A stretch of DNA of 62,568 bases, counting the filler. It is 5 parts of 5 records of this genome, joined end to end, with 100 filler letters (N's around TTAATTAATTAA, not from the genome) between each part and the next. Parts side by side here need not be neighbours in the genome. Positions count along the whole stretch, not along the records: positions 33,648 to 48,140 come from DRR378314_1496; positions 48,241 to 54,161 come from DRR378314_1497; 3 more parts are not named here. One strand, written 5' to 3'. Shown here piece after piece: positions 40,201 to 53,410 of this stretch. The number at the start of each line of letters is the position of its first letter. Within the stretch, counting starts at the first letter, position 1. The position numbers were made by a program, and so were the translations under genes. Under the pieces are notes generated by a model. It had not been told where the DNA came from, made no database searches, and worked only from the letters and a program-made list of their open reading frames with translations.

Positions 40201-42339
40201 TGCCACTCTCCGATGCTGCACATCCAAAACGGAGTATTCGGTCGCTCTTGTGAACCACGGACGGTTGGGCACTGTACCTCTCGGGGATAGGATTACTCAC
40301 CCGCACTCTCGTTCGTTGTTACGTTCACTTCAGTAAAACGCTTCCGCGACCTTGAAGCGATCAAGTTGGCGTCAAACCGATTCACAGGGCCCCTTCTTGC
40401 CGGAACGGTATGGTTTCTACCTTGCGCAGAGTAGCACTACACGGACCGGCGCATAAACACTCAGAGAGCAGCGGCATTTGGTATTCTGTATGATCGAAGA
40501 TCACGACTCTCATCATTATGGATCGCGATATCTATCTTACATCAACCATATAATGATGCAATGCAGTTCAGCGGGGCAGTCTTTCCCAGTTTGGTTGTGC
40601 TTGACCTGCGAGAAAACCAGTGGTCGGGGAGCCTACCTGAAGATATTGGCACGCTGTCGAAACTCACCACTCTCGACTTGTCCGACAACCGATTCTCCGG
40701 CCCCGTACCAGCCTCGTTTGCGCAACTCACTCTAAAACGGTGCGCTTCCTTATTCGAAAGAAAAGGTATTCAGGAATGCACAGTTTCAATGCTCTGCGCT
40801 GTCTGACTGGCTAATGCGTATAGCGTACACGTTGCTCCGCACACCGCTTCAATGCGTGTCAGCACCTTCAATTCCTCGTTCCGCGCGCAACGTGCTTCTC
40901 TGCGACATCTGAAATGCCTTGCATTGAAAAAAGCCTCTATGTGCAAAATAACCAATTGACAAGTCTGCCGGAGAATCTTCAAGTCTCATTTGCGGCAAGT
41001 ACATCGGGAAACAATTTCTATTGTCCGGTTCCACAAGAGGGTCCACTGCAGAGTACGCAATGCCGCTGCAAAGGTGAGGAGGCACGCCACAAAACGATGT
41101 AACACCAGACGTCGCGGACAATTCGTTGCACTGTAGTTGCTTCGCTACAAGTCTTCGAAAATACGAAAGATGATGGTAGTACGATCGTATGATGTCACGG
41201 GCGCGCGAAAAAACCATGTCCATGGATCTCTGCTGTTCTTTTTTTGTTGTTGTTGGGGGTACAGCGCTCAACATAAAGAGCGCACAGCGTACGAATTCCC
41301 GATTAGCTCTTGTGCGTGGACTTATCAAGAACAATCCACTGTGCATGTACTCGTTCGTCCTTCCCATACACACAGTCACATGAACCTAAATTTCTCATAT
41401 TATGTTTATATATCATTGCTTCTACTGGAAAATGTCCGGCATAACAGCTGGTTACGAGCCCTCAGGACGCAACTCGTGCCAAGTGTGCAGCGCCGGGCAC
41501 ATTTCCGACGGCACGACAGGCTGCAGGACGTGCGGGTTGAACGAAGGTACGTCACCTGTAGACTGGGTCATCGACAAGTGAACGCGAATGCTTGTGATTC
41601 CATATCACATTGTTTGTTCTTGTGGGAGCGGAGGGCTGGATAACTTGGAGTGGAGTGGACAGTTCCTGCAGACTCGCAGTCCTTCCCAAGACACACGCTA
41701 CGTAGTTGAGATGCGCTGGAGTCTAGGCGCAATGCCCGTGACTTGCAGAGATTCTACTTCATCTGTCTTCCTTCTCTCTCCCTAGGATTTGTAAGGAACC
41801 CACTTGCTCGCGAGTGCTAACGACGTTTTTCGCTGTGTCAATTTTGTGGCTTGCATTGCACGTGGCATGCGAACATCCAGTGAGCGAACAAGGCTCGTCG
41901 ACGTGCATCCCGTGCGGCACTTTCTTCGCACCAGCATCCGATAGAACCACGTGCGTGGTCCCGCTGTTGATGGTTCTTTTCATCATCACCACGATCATAT
42001 CTCTTGGTCTCATTATCACGCTTATAGTGCTCTTCAAGACAAAGAGGATTCGTGCAGACATAAAGAGCAAATACGGTACGCAGGATCATTCATTTGCGAG
42101 CGACTAACATTCGAACACGTCCGGAGGACCGGGTCGAAACTCGCTGACCCTCACTCGCTTCTCTGGCAACGAACAGCTTGATGAAATGGCCCAGCAAGTG
42201 CGTAGCGTGGAGAAAAGATCAAAATTATTTTGACAGCGTTCATTTTGCTGACATAGAACCACTTTGATACTCTACATTTGTAACCTGCGTTACAGAAATC
42301 AAACTACGCAAAGATGGTCAAAACTCAACCCTTCTGTAA
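37225..42339 (+). CDS. Single-pass LRR receptor-like protein: signal peptide, plant-type LRRNT cap, LxxLxLxxNxLxG repeats, CxxC-rich stalk, TM helix, short tail; about 12 exons
   Basis: MRVRTLSCILLLYIFATG; LQSLYNSLQGEKW...DPCGWYGVTC; DLRGNNLQGVLP; LDLRENQWSGSLPEDIGTLSKLTTLDLSDNRFSGPVP; CQVCSAG, CIPCGTF; TM LLMVLFIITTIISLGLIITLIVLF then KTKR. Last exon and stop less certain. Confidence 0.85.
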
Positions 42340-42544
42340 ATGGCAACTCGACGAGCATCATACAAGGACGCTTCTCCAATAGAATTACAGCCCACGAGCG
42401 CCAGTAGAAACGCCATCAGAAATAAAGGAGCCAGGTGGCACACTTGTGAATTCTGCACATATTATGCGTTCGCTCCTCCAGCGCGAAGAGAACGCAGAGG
42501 CTCCCCAGCGGAGCATTTCCACAGCAACAAATGTGCTCAAGCTC

Positions 42545-45340
42545 CGCCGGCAGAGCCGTAGTTGTCAGAGGATACGTCGCCCATAAGTCCGACTTCCTCG
42601 CCAGGTGCACCGCCAGCCTATCCTCAACATACAGAGGAAAGTAAAGCGCACGAAGTTGGACAAACAGGGTACCAATATAGTGAGCATGGATGCGGGTGAC
42701 TTGCCAGAGCATTTGCAAAACCGCTGCGCAAGCAACGATGCGCTCTCGTTCCGGTACACCGCAGCGGTTCTGTAAGCCGAAAAGCGGCACGCAACCTGTT
42801 GTTCCTTCTCACGCCAGTCCTCCAAGAAGTAGAGGCGCAGAAGTTCTCTCGTCCAAACGGCAAGCGAACGCAGACTCTATATTGTTACTGCTCATATCCT
42901 TGTATGCGCGCCAGCGCGCGCGTTTTCGAGGGCGCGAGGTGGAAGGGACCGTACATTAGCAGCGCTGCTTCGTGCGAGCGTCGCAGCGAGGAACAGGAGC
43001 AGCGTCGCGGCAGGGAATATCTCGGCGAGCCGAAAGGCGACCAGCTCCGCGAGCGGATCGGTGTAGTTGAACGAGCCTGTTACAAAAGCATGCTGTAAAC
43101 AATGCAGGGAGCGACGAGCAGCCGAACACGGCGCGGCCTTTCTCAGCAATTGCACCGACGTTCCCAGCATTCTGCGGTGTGCGCGGTAGGTGCCACGGCG
43201 AGGGACAGGACGCGCCATCGCTCTGTCCGCGCGCGGGGCGCTCGCACCTCTCGCATAAGCTCGCTCGCATCGGCGACCAGAAGTGCAGCGTACAAAATTG
43301 GCACAAAGGTAGATATCACACAAAATAGTAGTAGCGTATCGACGTAACGTCTTGGAAACGAAGGCGACATCTGCAAGGGGAGAAAGCAAATCGCACCGCG
43401 AGTGGTTGAGCGGGGAGGGGAGGGAACGACACCTGCTCGCGAGACGAGTTTCCGCCTTTGGAAGGGACGACGGAAGCAAAATCAGCAACGCGCTCTCGCA
43501 CTGAGAAATTCACGCGCGCATAGACGAAACGATTTCCTTCATCGTGCACAACAAAGAAGATACTGTAGCTCATCTACGCAGTTTCTCACGTCGGTATCGC
43601 TGCGTTGACCTCGCGGGAAGCGGACCGATACAGTGTAATTGTCGTCTACACCGGAGTGGGCGAACGCCAGAATCCAGCACAAAGAAGGAGAATCTGACTT
43701 CCAAAAATAAAAAAATACGAAGCCAACGTACAATCGATGCAAGGGACGCTGACCCACGCCATCGCGTCCATATTCGAATTGACAGATGAAGCGCAACTGG
43801 AAAGCAAGAAAGGCGAAGAAATAGAGCGAAAGCACAATCCAGCGTTAGAAACATGACATCGGAGGTTTCCAACCACGCGCATTGCGTGCACCGAAGATTC
43901 ATTCAGGGGAAGTCATCACACGGATACACGGGAAACGAGTTCAAAGCCATGGTTCTTTGTTCGTCTTGTGAGAGAAAGGGGGAAAGATTACAGGCTTGCG
44001 AAGCGCTCGGACGATGCTTTCTCGTGCGTATGCTCGAGCTATTGAACGCGAGAACGACGAAAACCGAGCTTTGACGTCGCGAAAGCGCACGCTGGCGCGT
44101 GCTGCGGGTAGAAGAAATCAAAATCACAAAGAAACACCACGTTGGTCGCTATATTCTTACACACTGAATTCCATACATGGGCATACCTGATCCAGTGGGT
44201 AAGCAGAGGGAGACTGCTAAGATATTCGACACAATGATGACAGAAACGCGTGCGGAGTGATCCAGCAAAATCGCGAGTGCGAGCACGAAGCTGCCGAGTA
44301 CGAGACCAATCGTGCTTTTCTCTACGAACGTCCGCGAATGCAGCTTCTCCAGTAGAAGACCATACGGAAGCGGTTTACAGCCAAGTGCCAGAGAGATCTG
44401 CGCGAGGATGCGCGGGCGCAGCGGCAAGGTCACACAGGGAGAGCAAGGAGTGCGAATCTTACGTTTCTCGAGGATCGACTCGCTTGCGCAGCAGAATGGA
44501 ACGATGAAAAGCATGCGAAATGACTGTAGTCGCCATGCGTACCTGATACGCAAAGGCGAGCACAATCCCATACACTATTGTCCAAAGGAACACTGGAATA
44601 ACGAAAAACAGGTGCTGGACAGCGTGGACAGAGGCTTCATCGGAGTTTTGTCTGCAAAGATGGCAGATCGCATTGGATATCGCACAGTAAGCGGTTTGAC
44701 CAACCACTCTCCTCCCACGCTCAGAGGAAGCAGAACTGTTTTCTTACACTCTGATACAGACAGTCGAGGAGCGTGAGGAACTCACTGATAAGAGAGGAGG
44801 AAGGGAGGAAAAGGGACACGGTTGACGAACTTCCTCTCAGCTTCTTGATGTGGTTCGACTTCTACTATCCGAGGTTCAATACTACTCGCTGTGCTTGAGG
44901 AAATCACTGACTTGGGCCAAGGCGAGCCCCTTCGATTGCGGGACGGAGAAGAAATAGGCATGGTCGCCTCCAAAGCATCTCTCGCGCGGAATTTAATATA
45001 TACGAGGATTACGCATACTGCTCACGACAGCCATGCGTATTGAGGTAGCGGGGTTCCGATCAATATCGTGTGCGGCGAGCTGGTTCTCTCTTCGTTCGCT
45101 TCGCCAGCAAGCACCGAGTTTGCACTGCGGCTGAAGCGCAACTGCGCGTATCACAGCGCTTGCCGCATTGTGCGGGATCGTACCCAACATTCCCGACTCT
45201 GAGGGAGAAATCCAGCGTTTTTATAGTGAGACACAAGACCAGCAATCGTAAAGCTGCCATTCGGTACCGCGTATTTTCTGTTTTTAGATTCGTGTGGCAG
45301 TAGACCGTTCTGTGTGCTCGCTCCAGTGCAACTGCAGCAG
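42545..45340 (-). CDS. Multi-pass membrane protein, possibly TOM1/THH1/GPR137-like 7TM; boundaries approximate, may extend to ~46500
   Basis: Successive hydrophobic exons: MAALRLLVLCLTIKTLDFSLR; QHLFFVIPVFLWTIVYGIVLAFAYQ; STIGLVLGSFVLALAILL; DTLLLFCVISTFVPILYAALLV; LVAFRLAEIFPAATLLLFL. Family assignment is inference from topology. Confidence 0.45.
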
Positions 45341-46768
45341 CTGCCAGACCTGCAAAGACGCACATGCATACTGGCAACCGAGCGCAGTTCGCACGAAAGG
45401 ACAGCGCTCGTTGGACCTCTCAACGATTCCCGCAAGCGACGTCTTGCGGAAAAAAATAGCTTCTGATGCATACGATATATCTACGGTCGAATGGCTTCGG
45501 TCTTGTGGAAATGAGAAAGAGTGCGCAGCGAGTGAAACGGCAGTTCCACGCACAGAACGGAGCATACGGCCACAAGGTCTGTACAAAAAGCTTTCGAACG
45601 CGCTGCATGCTTGGAGCGCTGGCAGCGAGCGCCAATGGCACAGTTAATATCATACTCCTGGCACCAATACATTAAGTACGGGATAGAGAAGTTAGCACTG
45701 CGCGCAAGCGAAGGCGCAGCTGGGGCAGCAGCAACAGCTTGCGGGGTGCGCTTCGCGTTGATCGATACACTATGTCGCCCAGCGACGCTGTTGCGCATGA
45801 ACTCGCGGTGCACAGCCGCTCGCTGTTCGTGGTCGCAATCAAGAGCGGTTCGCCCTGTCACGTCTACATTGTAAAATCTACATACATTAGAAGTAAGTCA
45901 AGAGTACGAAGTGCATATCGTCGCGAAGAACTGCCTGGCGATCGCGTACGGTGACGGAGATGGATGGCAGAAAAAGCTGCGCGGTTGCCTGTGCTGGGCT
46001 TGTGTTTATCGACAGAGGTTTGTCGCTGTCCGCGCACGATTGCTGGCGAACAAGGAGCTCGTCCGCCATGTCCTTGCGTGTAAGGACAAAGCGCTCACAA
46101 TCCCGTCGCTTACGACTCCCTTTCAAACTCTATACACCACTGTCTCAGACGCAAGGCGAAAGGCAGCGTACGGTTCCGCTCTTGCTCTGAAGAAAGGGAA
46201 AGGGACACGGACCTACATCATATGTCAACGCCCACGAAGGCCTGTTAACCTCGTGCATCGACGCGCGTGGAGCAGCTCTGCACGAGCGCAAATACACGGA
46301 GATCGCGGCCTCTTGAACCTCGCGTCCTTAAAAGTACGCGGTGACAAGGGACAATGCACAGATTACGGTATTGGGAAGAAGACCACAAACAAATGAGCGC
46401 AAGCCGCTCGCTCGGCGGAAGACGCGGAGAGCAGCGCTTCCCCGGCGCCGACTGCAAGCGCAGGAGTACCGGCCAAGGCAACTCGCCGCGTTGTGGCACC
46501 TAGTGCACTCACGCAGTCCCAGCTCACATAGAGGCTCGAGTAGCGAGCTGTGAAGAGCTTCGCGCTGGAGCAGAGGGAAGAATCGGGAAACAGAAAGGTA
46601 CCAAATTTGGGTCCATCAAGGTAGGGTTACTTCAACGTTCCACCCGCCGCGTTGTGCCGACCCGTGCTCGATCTGGCACGAGGCGGTCGAAGTATCCTCT
46701 CACCCAAAAGCTCGCCGTCGAGGCCGAGGTCAGCCTTCGGGCCCCTCTACGTTCAGGACTGTGCAAAT

Positions 46769-47150
46769 ATGGTCGGACCCGTCGCTATTCCAGAGACCCG
46801 CGTGGATATTCCTGAAGATCACTCATCGATTGTGGGATCTTATGTACGTGGGGGAGGATTTGTGCGCACTTTTTTGCGCTGAGCGCGACGTCCGCGCAAA
46901 GGGCGTTTGCGTTCTTTGATTGTGCGGGTGTATCTGGATCGCGGGTCGCGTTGTCAAAGCCATTCTTTTTCAGTCATTTGAAGGGACAGAGCGCACGCAG
47001 GCTGCATTGAGCGTCCGTGACGTCGCGTGTGGCCCTGTTTGTTTTCCCCAATTTGTAGCCCATTACCTCCACATTTCTTATGAATAGACGTTCATGTGCT
47101 TTAAAGTATTGTTGATAGGAAGTTTGGAATCAGTATTTGGGTGACATGAT
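46769..47150 (+). CDS. Probable first exons of an unknown gene, possibly the 5' end of the gene beyond the 48141 gap
   Basis: ATG-initiated MVGPVAIPETRVDIPEDHSSIVGSY followed by donor gtacgt; short AG/GT-bounded segment EVWNQYLGDM at ~47119-47150. Confidence 0.3.
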
Positions 47151-48140
47151 GTAAGATCCTTGCTTTTTGAAGGGTATTATGGGGCTCGTTCGTTGCGCAC
47201 TGCGGCGAACGTGTTGTTCGGCGTGGACGCGGCAGAAGCGCTCTGTGCCGGCAGCGCAGGCGACGGCTAGCCAGATCCGGCTTGGCAGGCGCAGGGTCTG
47301 TCACGGCGAACAGCCTTTTTATAGGCTTCGCCTCTGCCGCAGCAGCGCAGCTCGGTGCGAGACCGGGCGCACGACGTTGCACGGAAATTTTACACGTCAG
47401 TCGTCGGGCGCACGATGTATAGCAAGGCGCAAACATAGTGCCGATCTTTTGTTACATTTTTTTCGAATAGGATTCCTTTCGCAGCGCACGGGCAAGCATT
47501 ACTGTGAGCGCAGAGAGGCGCCGCGAGGCGAGGGAACCGCCACGTCCTTCCTATTGTGGCAGAGGGGGAAGGCTGGTTCCTGCGTATGCGTGTGTCTACT
47601 TCAGTCCGGCTTCCGTGTAGGACGCCGTCGCTGCTTTTGGAACCCGACAGCGCAGTCGTTGCGCACGCTCCGTTCCTGGCTGCTCCCCCGCTAGCGCTCG
47701 CTCCTTCCGGTTACGCCGCGGGCCTGTGTGCGAAGAATGTCCCTTTCTCTCGGTGCCTGCATTACCATGCTGCCCGTGCTGGGGTGCGGCAGCGTTGGGT
47801 AGGACTGGGGTGCTGCTGCGGGCCCGTGTCTCCTCTGCATGCCACGTGCGCTGCTTGCGAGCGGCGCGTGCGCAGTGATAGGGCTCCTGAAGCTCTCTTG
47901 TAGCGCAGATTGAGCATTTGCACAGGCGGAGGTACTGTGGTCGGTTGGCAATGTGGGGGTACACAGGCCAAGGGGCTCGCTGTTGCATACTTCCCCTATG
48001 ATTGCTGACCGAGTGCCTCGCTGGTTTCGTTGATGACCACCGAATGGCCCACACGTACAGGAGCACGACGAATGTGTACGTGCACTGCACTCCGTCGACG
48101 TGACATCGGATTCCCAGTCAGGTAAGTATGCAGGTCGCTT

Positions 48141-48240
48141 NNNNNNNNNNNNNNNNNNNNNNNNNNNNNNNNNNNNNNNNNNNNTTAATTAATTAANNNN
48201 NNNNNNNNNNNNNNNNNNNNNNNNNNNNNNNNNNNNNNNN
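48141..48240. other. Assembly gap with artificial TTAATTAATTAA linker
   Basis: Same 100-nt N/linker block. Confidence 0.97.
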
Positions 48241-48308
48241 CACAGCGTGCTCATTGTTTCCGATTGCTCATGGTCGTATCGTGGCTTCTCTTCTGGTCGA
48301 TATACAGC

Positions 48309-51300
48309 TCATTCTCGGAATTCGCTGTGATGAAAATAGCATCTCTGGCAAGCCAGCGGATGCGCGTTCCGCTATGGAGGCTCTTCGGAGGCAGCAGGAT
48401 TCCCTCGAGTTTGACCCGTCGAGCGTCCCATCACTGACGGAGGTGCAGAAAATGGCCAAGGAATACCTGGACGTGAGTTTACTTTCTTCCGCCCTCGCTC
48501 CCTCGGATTCCTTTTTCCTGCATAGGATGAGCAAAACTATTCACCTGCGTTACGTTCTTGATGTTACGTGTGCGTGCACTGTCGAATCTTCATATATACA
48601 GGCGATTAAGAAGACGGAAATGTCGGAAACTGCTCGCGGAATCGTGAACCGTTGCGCAGCCACCCTTGAGGAGCTTGTGAGCGGAAAAGACGCGGAAGGA
48701 GTGTACAATGATCTCACAGCAGCACCTCGCGGTACGCTGCTCACCCTTCACATACTAAACATATGCGCCACAGCTCTGGAATGGGGAAACACGATCGCTT
48801 TTGTCTTCACGGTATTGCTCAGAATAGAGGTCGACATTGTCCTGGATTTGTGCACGTTTGTCAGAGCAACATGAATGTTGGTTTGACGTTGAAGAGTCAC
48901 TTTGTAACCGTTACGTATCTGACCTCTCCGCAACTGCGTGAATCTTCATTCCCATAGGACGTAGTGCCGCAGCATTGTAGTCATGTGTCGTAAGGCGATA
49001 AGAAACGCGTGAGTTACATGATGAACAGTGGGAAAGTACCTGCCGAGCTGGCATGGTCGCGCCCTACTAGCTGCTCCCCTGCAAGGTGTCGCTGCGGTGC
49101 CGCACTGCAATACGCGTATTTCTCACGCACATCGGTAACGGGTGGCACTGGTTGTTTTCGATTATCTTCAAAGGTCGCCGTATGCTGGTGAGCCTGTTTC
49201 GCTCGGAGCGCACGGCGGAGGCGCTTCTGCGCAGTCCAGAGGCCGAGGCGCTGTACGGACGCGGACGCGAGCTGGTTGACGGATTTTCGAGCACACGCGA
49301 AGGCCGCGAGCTCATGAGCAAAGTACGTGGGCGGACATGCGCGATGCTGTGTGGAATTTCGGAAAGTTTTGTCGCAGTTCCCCGTTGCCTTTGCATACGC
49401 TGGGATGTAGCATCGAGGGCCGGATTTGCCGTATCGCTGTGGTTCTGTGGCTAACATAACAGACCGCGACTCCGAATCGCGGTCTGTTACCCTGAAACGC
49501 ATTGCGACGCACAAACACTCCTGTCAAAGTTAGGAAATGGTATGTAGAGAGTCAGACGTGCGCGTGCGCTCGCTACAGCGAGCGAGCGGCACTCGTTGGA
49601 TGAAAAGGGCACTGCGCGTTTCTGCGACAGAGCTTCGAGTGTGCACGCGCCATTGCTCATGATTCGGCAGCTCCTATGCGACCCGCCGCCAACAAACTGA
49701 ATATCTCCGGTCGTTTTCTCACTGCGTTTGCTACTGTATTGCTCGGTGTTCGACCAGGGCGAGCGCATTGTGAACGATCTGATGAAATTCGAGACCGGAC
49801 GGACGGCGATTGAGTCTACGGGACAAGTGCTGAACAATGTGTTGGATGGGAAATCGGGTGCGCGCGCGGCGCACCGGCCGCGCTGAAATCGCGTCAAAGT
49901 GTTTCCCCTTCCGTGTAAATAATTAGCTTCCTATTCCTGTGCACTAAGACGCGCGTGTTCCTCTGCGCCTTGCTCACCTGGGAAGATCCTGTGCGCGCGT
50001 GCTCCGCCGCTGCGACAACAGACCAGAGCGAGTTGCTGGAGCACTCGAAAAACGTGTTGCGCAACCTACAGTCGGACAAAGACGGACGTCGCATTATTTT
50101 GCGCTCCCGCGTTCTTTTGGACGAAGTCTTGCAGTCTGCAGAGAGCAAGCGTGTGCTGGAAGAAGGTATTGGTGAGTATGCCGTCCATCTGCGCGCTTTG
50201 GCCACTGCGCGTGCGGCTGCTCTGCGTCGCTTCACAACGAATGCACCCGCGATTCGTGTTGCTTTTACCGCACGGACATTCGTTTGATGCTCAGTATGGG
50301 TGCGTTTTCACGCTGGCTCCGCGTTGTGGTAGGAACGGCGAACTCAATGGTTTCGTCGGAGCGCGCGGAAGCAGTAGCGCAGCTCGGCGCGGACATTCAG
50401 GGCGCCGCCGCCCAGTTCCTCCTTCAGTATGTCCCATCACTGAAGATCCAGGACGTGGAGGGCGAGCGCAAGGCAGCTGGAACAACTGTGGCATACAAAC
50501 TCAAGAATCTGGCCTTTTCGGAGTTCGATTTCCCGCCGGATAATGTACGGTTGTCGCTGCGTCGGCACTCGTGGCAGCGAAGTCTCTTGCCTCCACGCAG
50601 CGGGCTCTGTGTGTTCTCCCTGGCGACCTTTTGTCGTGCTCATTCTGTTTCTGTCCAGAAAAGGTCCACGTTCTGTGTACGAATTATGTCCGAGCTCTTT
50701 TTTTTGTACTACTGGCCAAATATCGTTTGGCTCGTCTTCAGCAATCTCGTTGTTATTTTTTATTCTTTTGTTGCAGCTGACAAGTGCCACATTGGCCGAG
50801 AGGCCAGCGCGTTCAGCGGCTGGTCCCTTTGCAGCGCGTAGTAGGGTTCCTTGTCGGGCGTAACCTGCGCACGCTCAGGCTGTATGCTCGTGCGCTTCTC
50901 GATGTGTATTGCATCGCACGGGTGCAGTGGATAGCGCTGTAAAAGTTTGCGGAATACTCATAATGCGGCAGAACTGCTTCTTGCGTTCGTCGCGGCTCAG
51001 TCTTTCCTCGTGAACTCGGGTTAGCCGTGATGCATTGGACTGTTTCTTAGCTAGGGCTTATCGAACTGGTTCCTCTCTTTCGATTCTCCAGGTTGCCGTT
51101 GCGCTGAGTCCGACCATCCGCGTCAATGTACACGACATTACCGCTTCCGTGCGGAACATGCACTTTGATTACGCGCAAAACGGGTTTCCTGGGCTAAAGG
51201 GTAATGGCACTGCGGACTGTCGCGTGACAGAAGCTTCGGTGTCAATCGAGCTGGAGCTCGTCGAGGTGCGCCATTCTGCAGGTGGCAAACGGAATAGCTC

Positions 51301-52346
51301 TCGCGCGCGTTTCCCTCGGTATGGAATGGTAGGGAGCACGACCTCGTTGTGCACACGAGACTTTGCGAGGGCCATTTTGCGGGGTAATGGGTGGCTACCC
51401 GGCTGTGCGTTGTGCTGCGTGGAAACGCGCAGGATGCGTACCAGAGCTCTGCGTGTCTCCTCGGTGAAATGTACTTCGATGTCGGTCGTGGTTGAGACGT
51501 CTCGCCCGCACACGCACACTCTCTCGTGTGCTCTTACAAGGCAACGGTGGTCTCTCTACTCGCTCCTTTGTTTCTGATTTGAACTCGTTTTGCGATCCTC
51601 TGTGTGCCTGTGTCGCTTTTGTGTATGGAGCAGAAAGAGACGTCGGATCAGGCTGGGATTGAGTACGACATCGTGATGCGCGGTCACCAAGTGCGTCTCG
51701 GCGAGCTTGATATTCGCGTGAGCTCCGGGTCCGCAAAGTGCGTTTTGGTAACACACACGTAACGCTAACCCACTTTTGTACGCGCGATGCACTCTTCGGG
51801 GGGTGGATGGGGCTATATATACACCTGCACGTCACGCTGCGGTCAATGCTGTGTCCCGAGATATTGAGAATCACTATGCGCGAGATGAACTCTACAGTAC
51901 AGCGGACTCAGTCCAAATTCGCATGCGATATTGTCAAAAATATTCTTCCTTACCTTTCATGTACTGAAATTCTTGTATTCGAAATTTTTAAACGCTGCAG
52001 GTGGTTGTACAATCTGTTGCTGTCGGTTTTCAAGGATCGAGTTCGGGACCTTCTCGAAGAGGAAATCTCCGAGATGATTGACTTGCACGCTGCCGAGCTC
52101 GTCTCGCACGTGAACCGCATTGTTGCGGAGTTTGCGGGTGTTTTGGATCCGTCTGCGGTCGATGTGTCGGCGCTGTCTGCGGAAGAGCGCGCAAAGCTCT
52201 TCGCAGATGATCAACATGACGAGCAAGCAGGTGCTGCCGCTTCTTCTGGGAAATCGAATGGTCCCAAAGGGAAACGGCAGGCAGGTGCGAAAAAGTCGAT
52301 TGCAGCGCGAAATCCAGCCAACTACGATTCGTTACCAGGTATGTGA
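48309..52346 (+). CDS. Protein with an N-terminal helical region and a C-terminal TULIP/BPI-like domain (resembles HAM1/DUF4449-type); multi-exon, 5' incomplete
   Basis: FLLQYVPSLKIQDVEG...YKLKNLAFSEFDFPPDNV; IRVNVHDITASVRNMHFDYAQNGFPGLKGNGTADC; LDIRVSSGSAK/WLYNLLLSVFKDRVRDLLEEEI, resembling the BPI beta-wrap followed by a long helix. Confidence 0.6.
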
Positions 52347-53410
52347 AAAATCATGCACACAAGTACTTTGCTGCTTGTTCTTACCGTCGCGACTTCTCGT
52401 GAGTGTCGCTCGTTATGAAGTAGACACGGGAGTGAGTGTTTGATGTTTGGTGTCAAGGTTCTGCGGTGTGAGAGAATGTACAGTCAATGCGAGAGGCGAG
52501 GAACGCTCTGTCGCCCTGGAGAGCCTTTCGAGAACCGTGGCGTGATGGTCTTCACTGGTGACAAGGAGGAGAGACGTAGAAACGCACGAGTTTCGATTCG
52601 CTGTTTCTTCGCTTATTCTCCTTCGTTGTGTTCTTCTGCGTGCGCGCGTGCGCGCTGAGCAGCGCATCTGCAGAAGCACGCTAGTGGCGAGTTGTCTGTT
52701 CGACCCTCATCGCGTACCAGCGCACGTGGAGTAAAGACATCCGGAACCATCAAGCCGAAAGCGTCGAAACCATGAGAAGTAGCACAGCGTTGTGTGGCTT
52801 GTTCTCGTTGTTTGTGGAGGGGAGTGATGTGTGAAAGTGGAGTATTGAGAAACGTCGTGCTTTTGCACTTATCATGTGTTTCCGCGAGCATGTTCTCAGG
52901 GGGGGGATCCGCTCTGCTTCTCGTAGAGGCGGATACGATGCAACGAGTATGGTGAAGCAAGTCTCTTTCACGGTTGTAGCGCTGGAGATACTTAGCAATG
53001 TGTGTGGCCGGCGATTTCTGGAAGCGCGGGTGTACGTGCTCCTATCCGCAACAGGACTCGCGTCAGCTCGTGATCGACGATGTCCTGAAGAAGGCGCGGT
53101 GTGTCCTGTTCTCAGTTCGTATACTCTTTGTAACGGTAATATATGCGTAGGCACTTGTGCGGCTGCATCCGATGTACGATGCAATGTCGCCTTTCGTCGG
53201 ATTCCCCCACGTCCCCTCTGGACTGGTACGCGAAGAAATCCGAGCTTCCACCGAGAGAGGAATTGAGGGCGCGGTTTTCGCCGCGGGCTCGCAAGCGCAT
53301 CGCCTATACACACAACAAAACGACGTCGTTTAGACTCGCAGAAGTTGGGGGGGAATGTAAAGGGGGGTAATGTTGTTTCATTTACTTCGTGGCCAGCGCG
53401 TAGAAGCTTT

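Noticed and set aside
46595-46860. Possible telomerase RNA or snRNA on the minus strand (TAACCCTA template-like 8-mer near an Sm-like AAATTTGG)
   Set aside because: The motifs are short enough to occur by chance, the template would lie only ~10 nt from the Sm-like site, and the region overlaps a plausible plus-strand coding exon.
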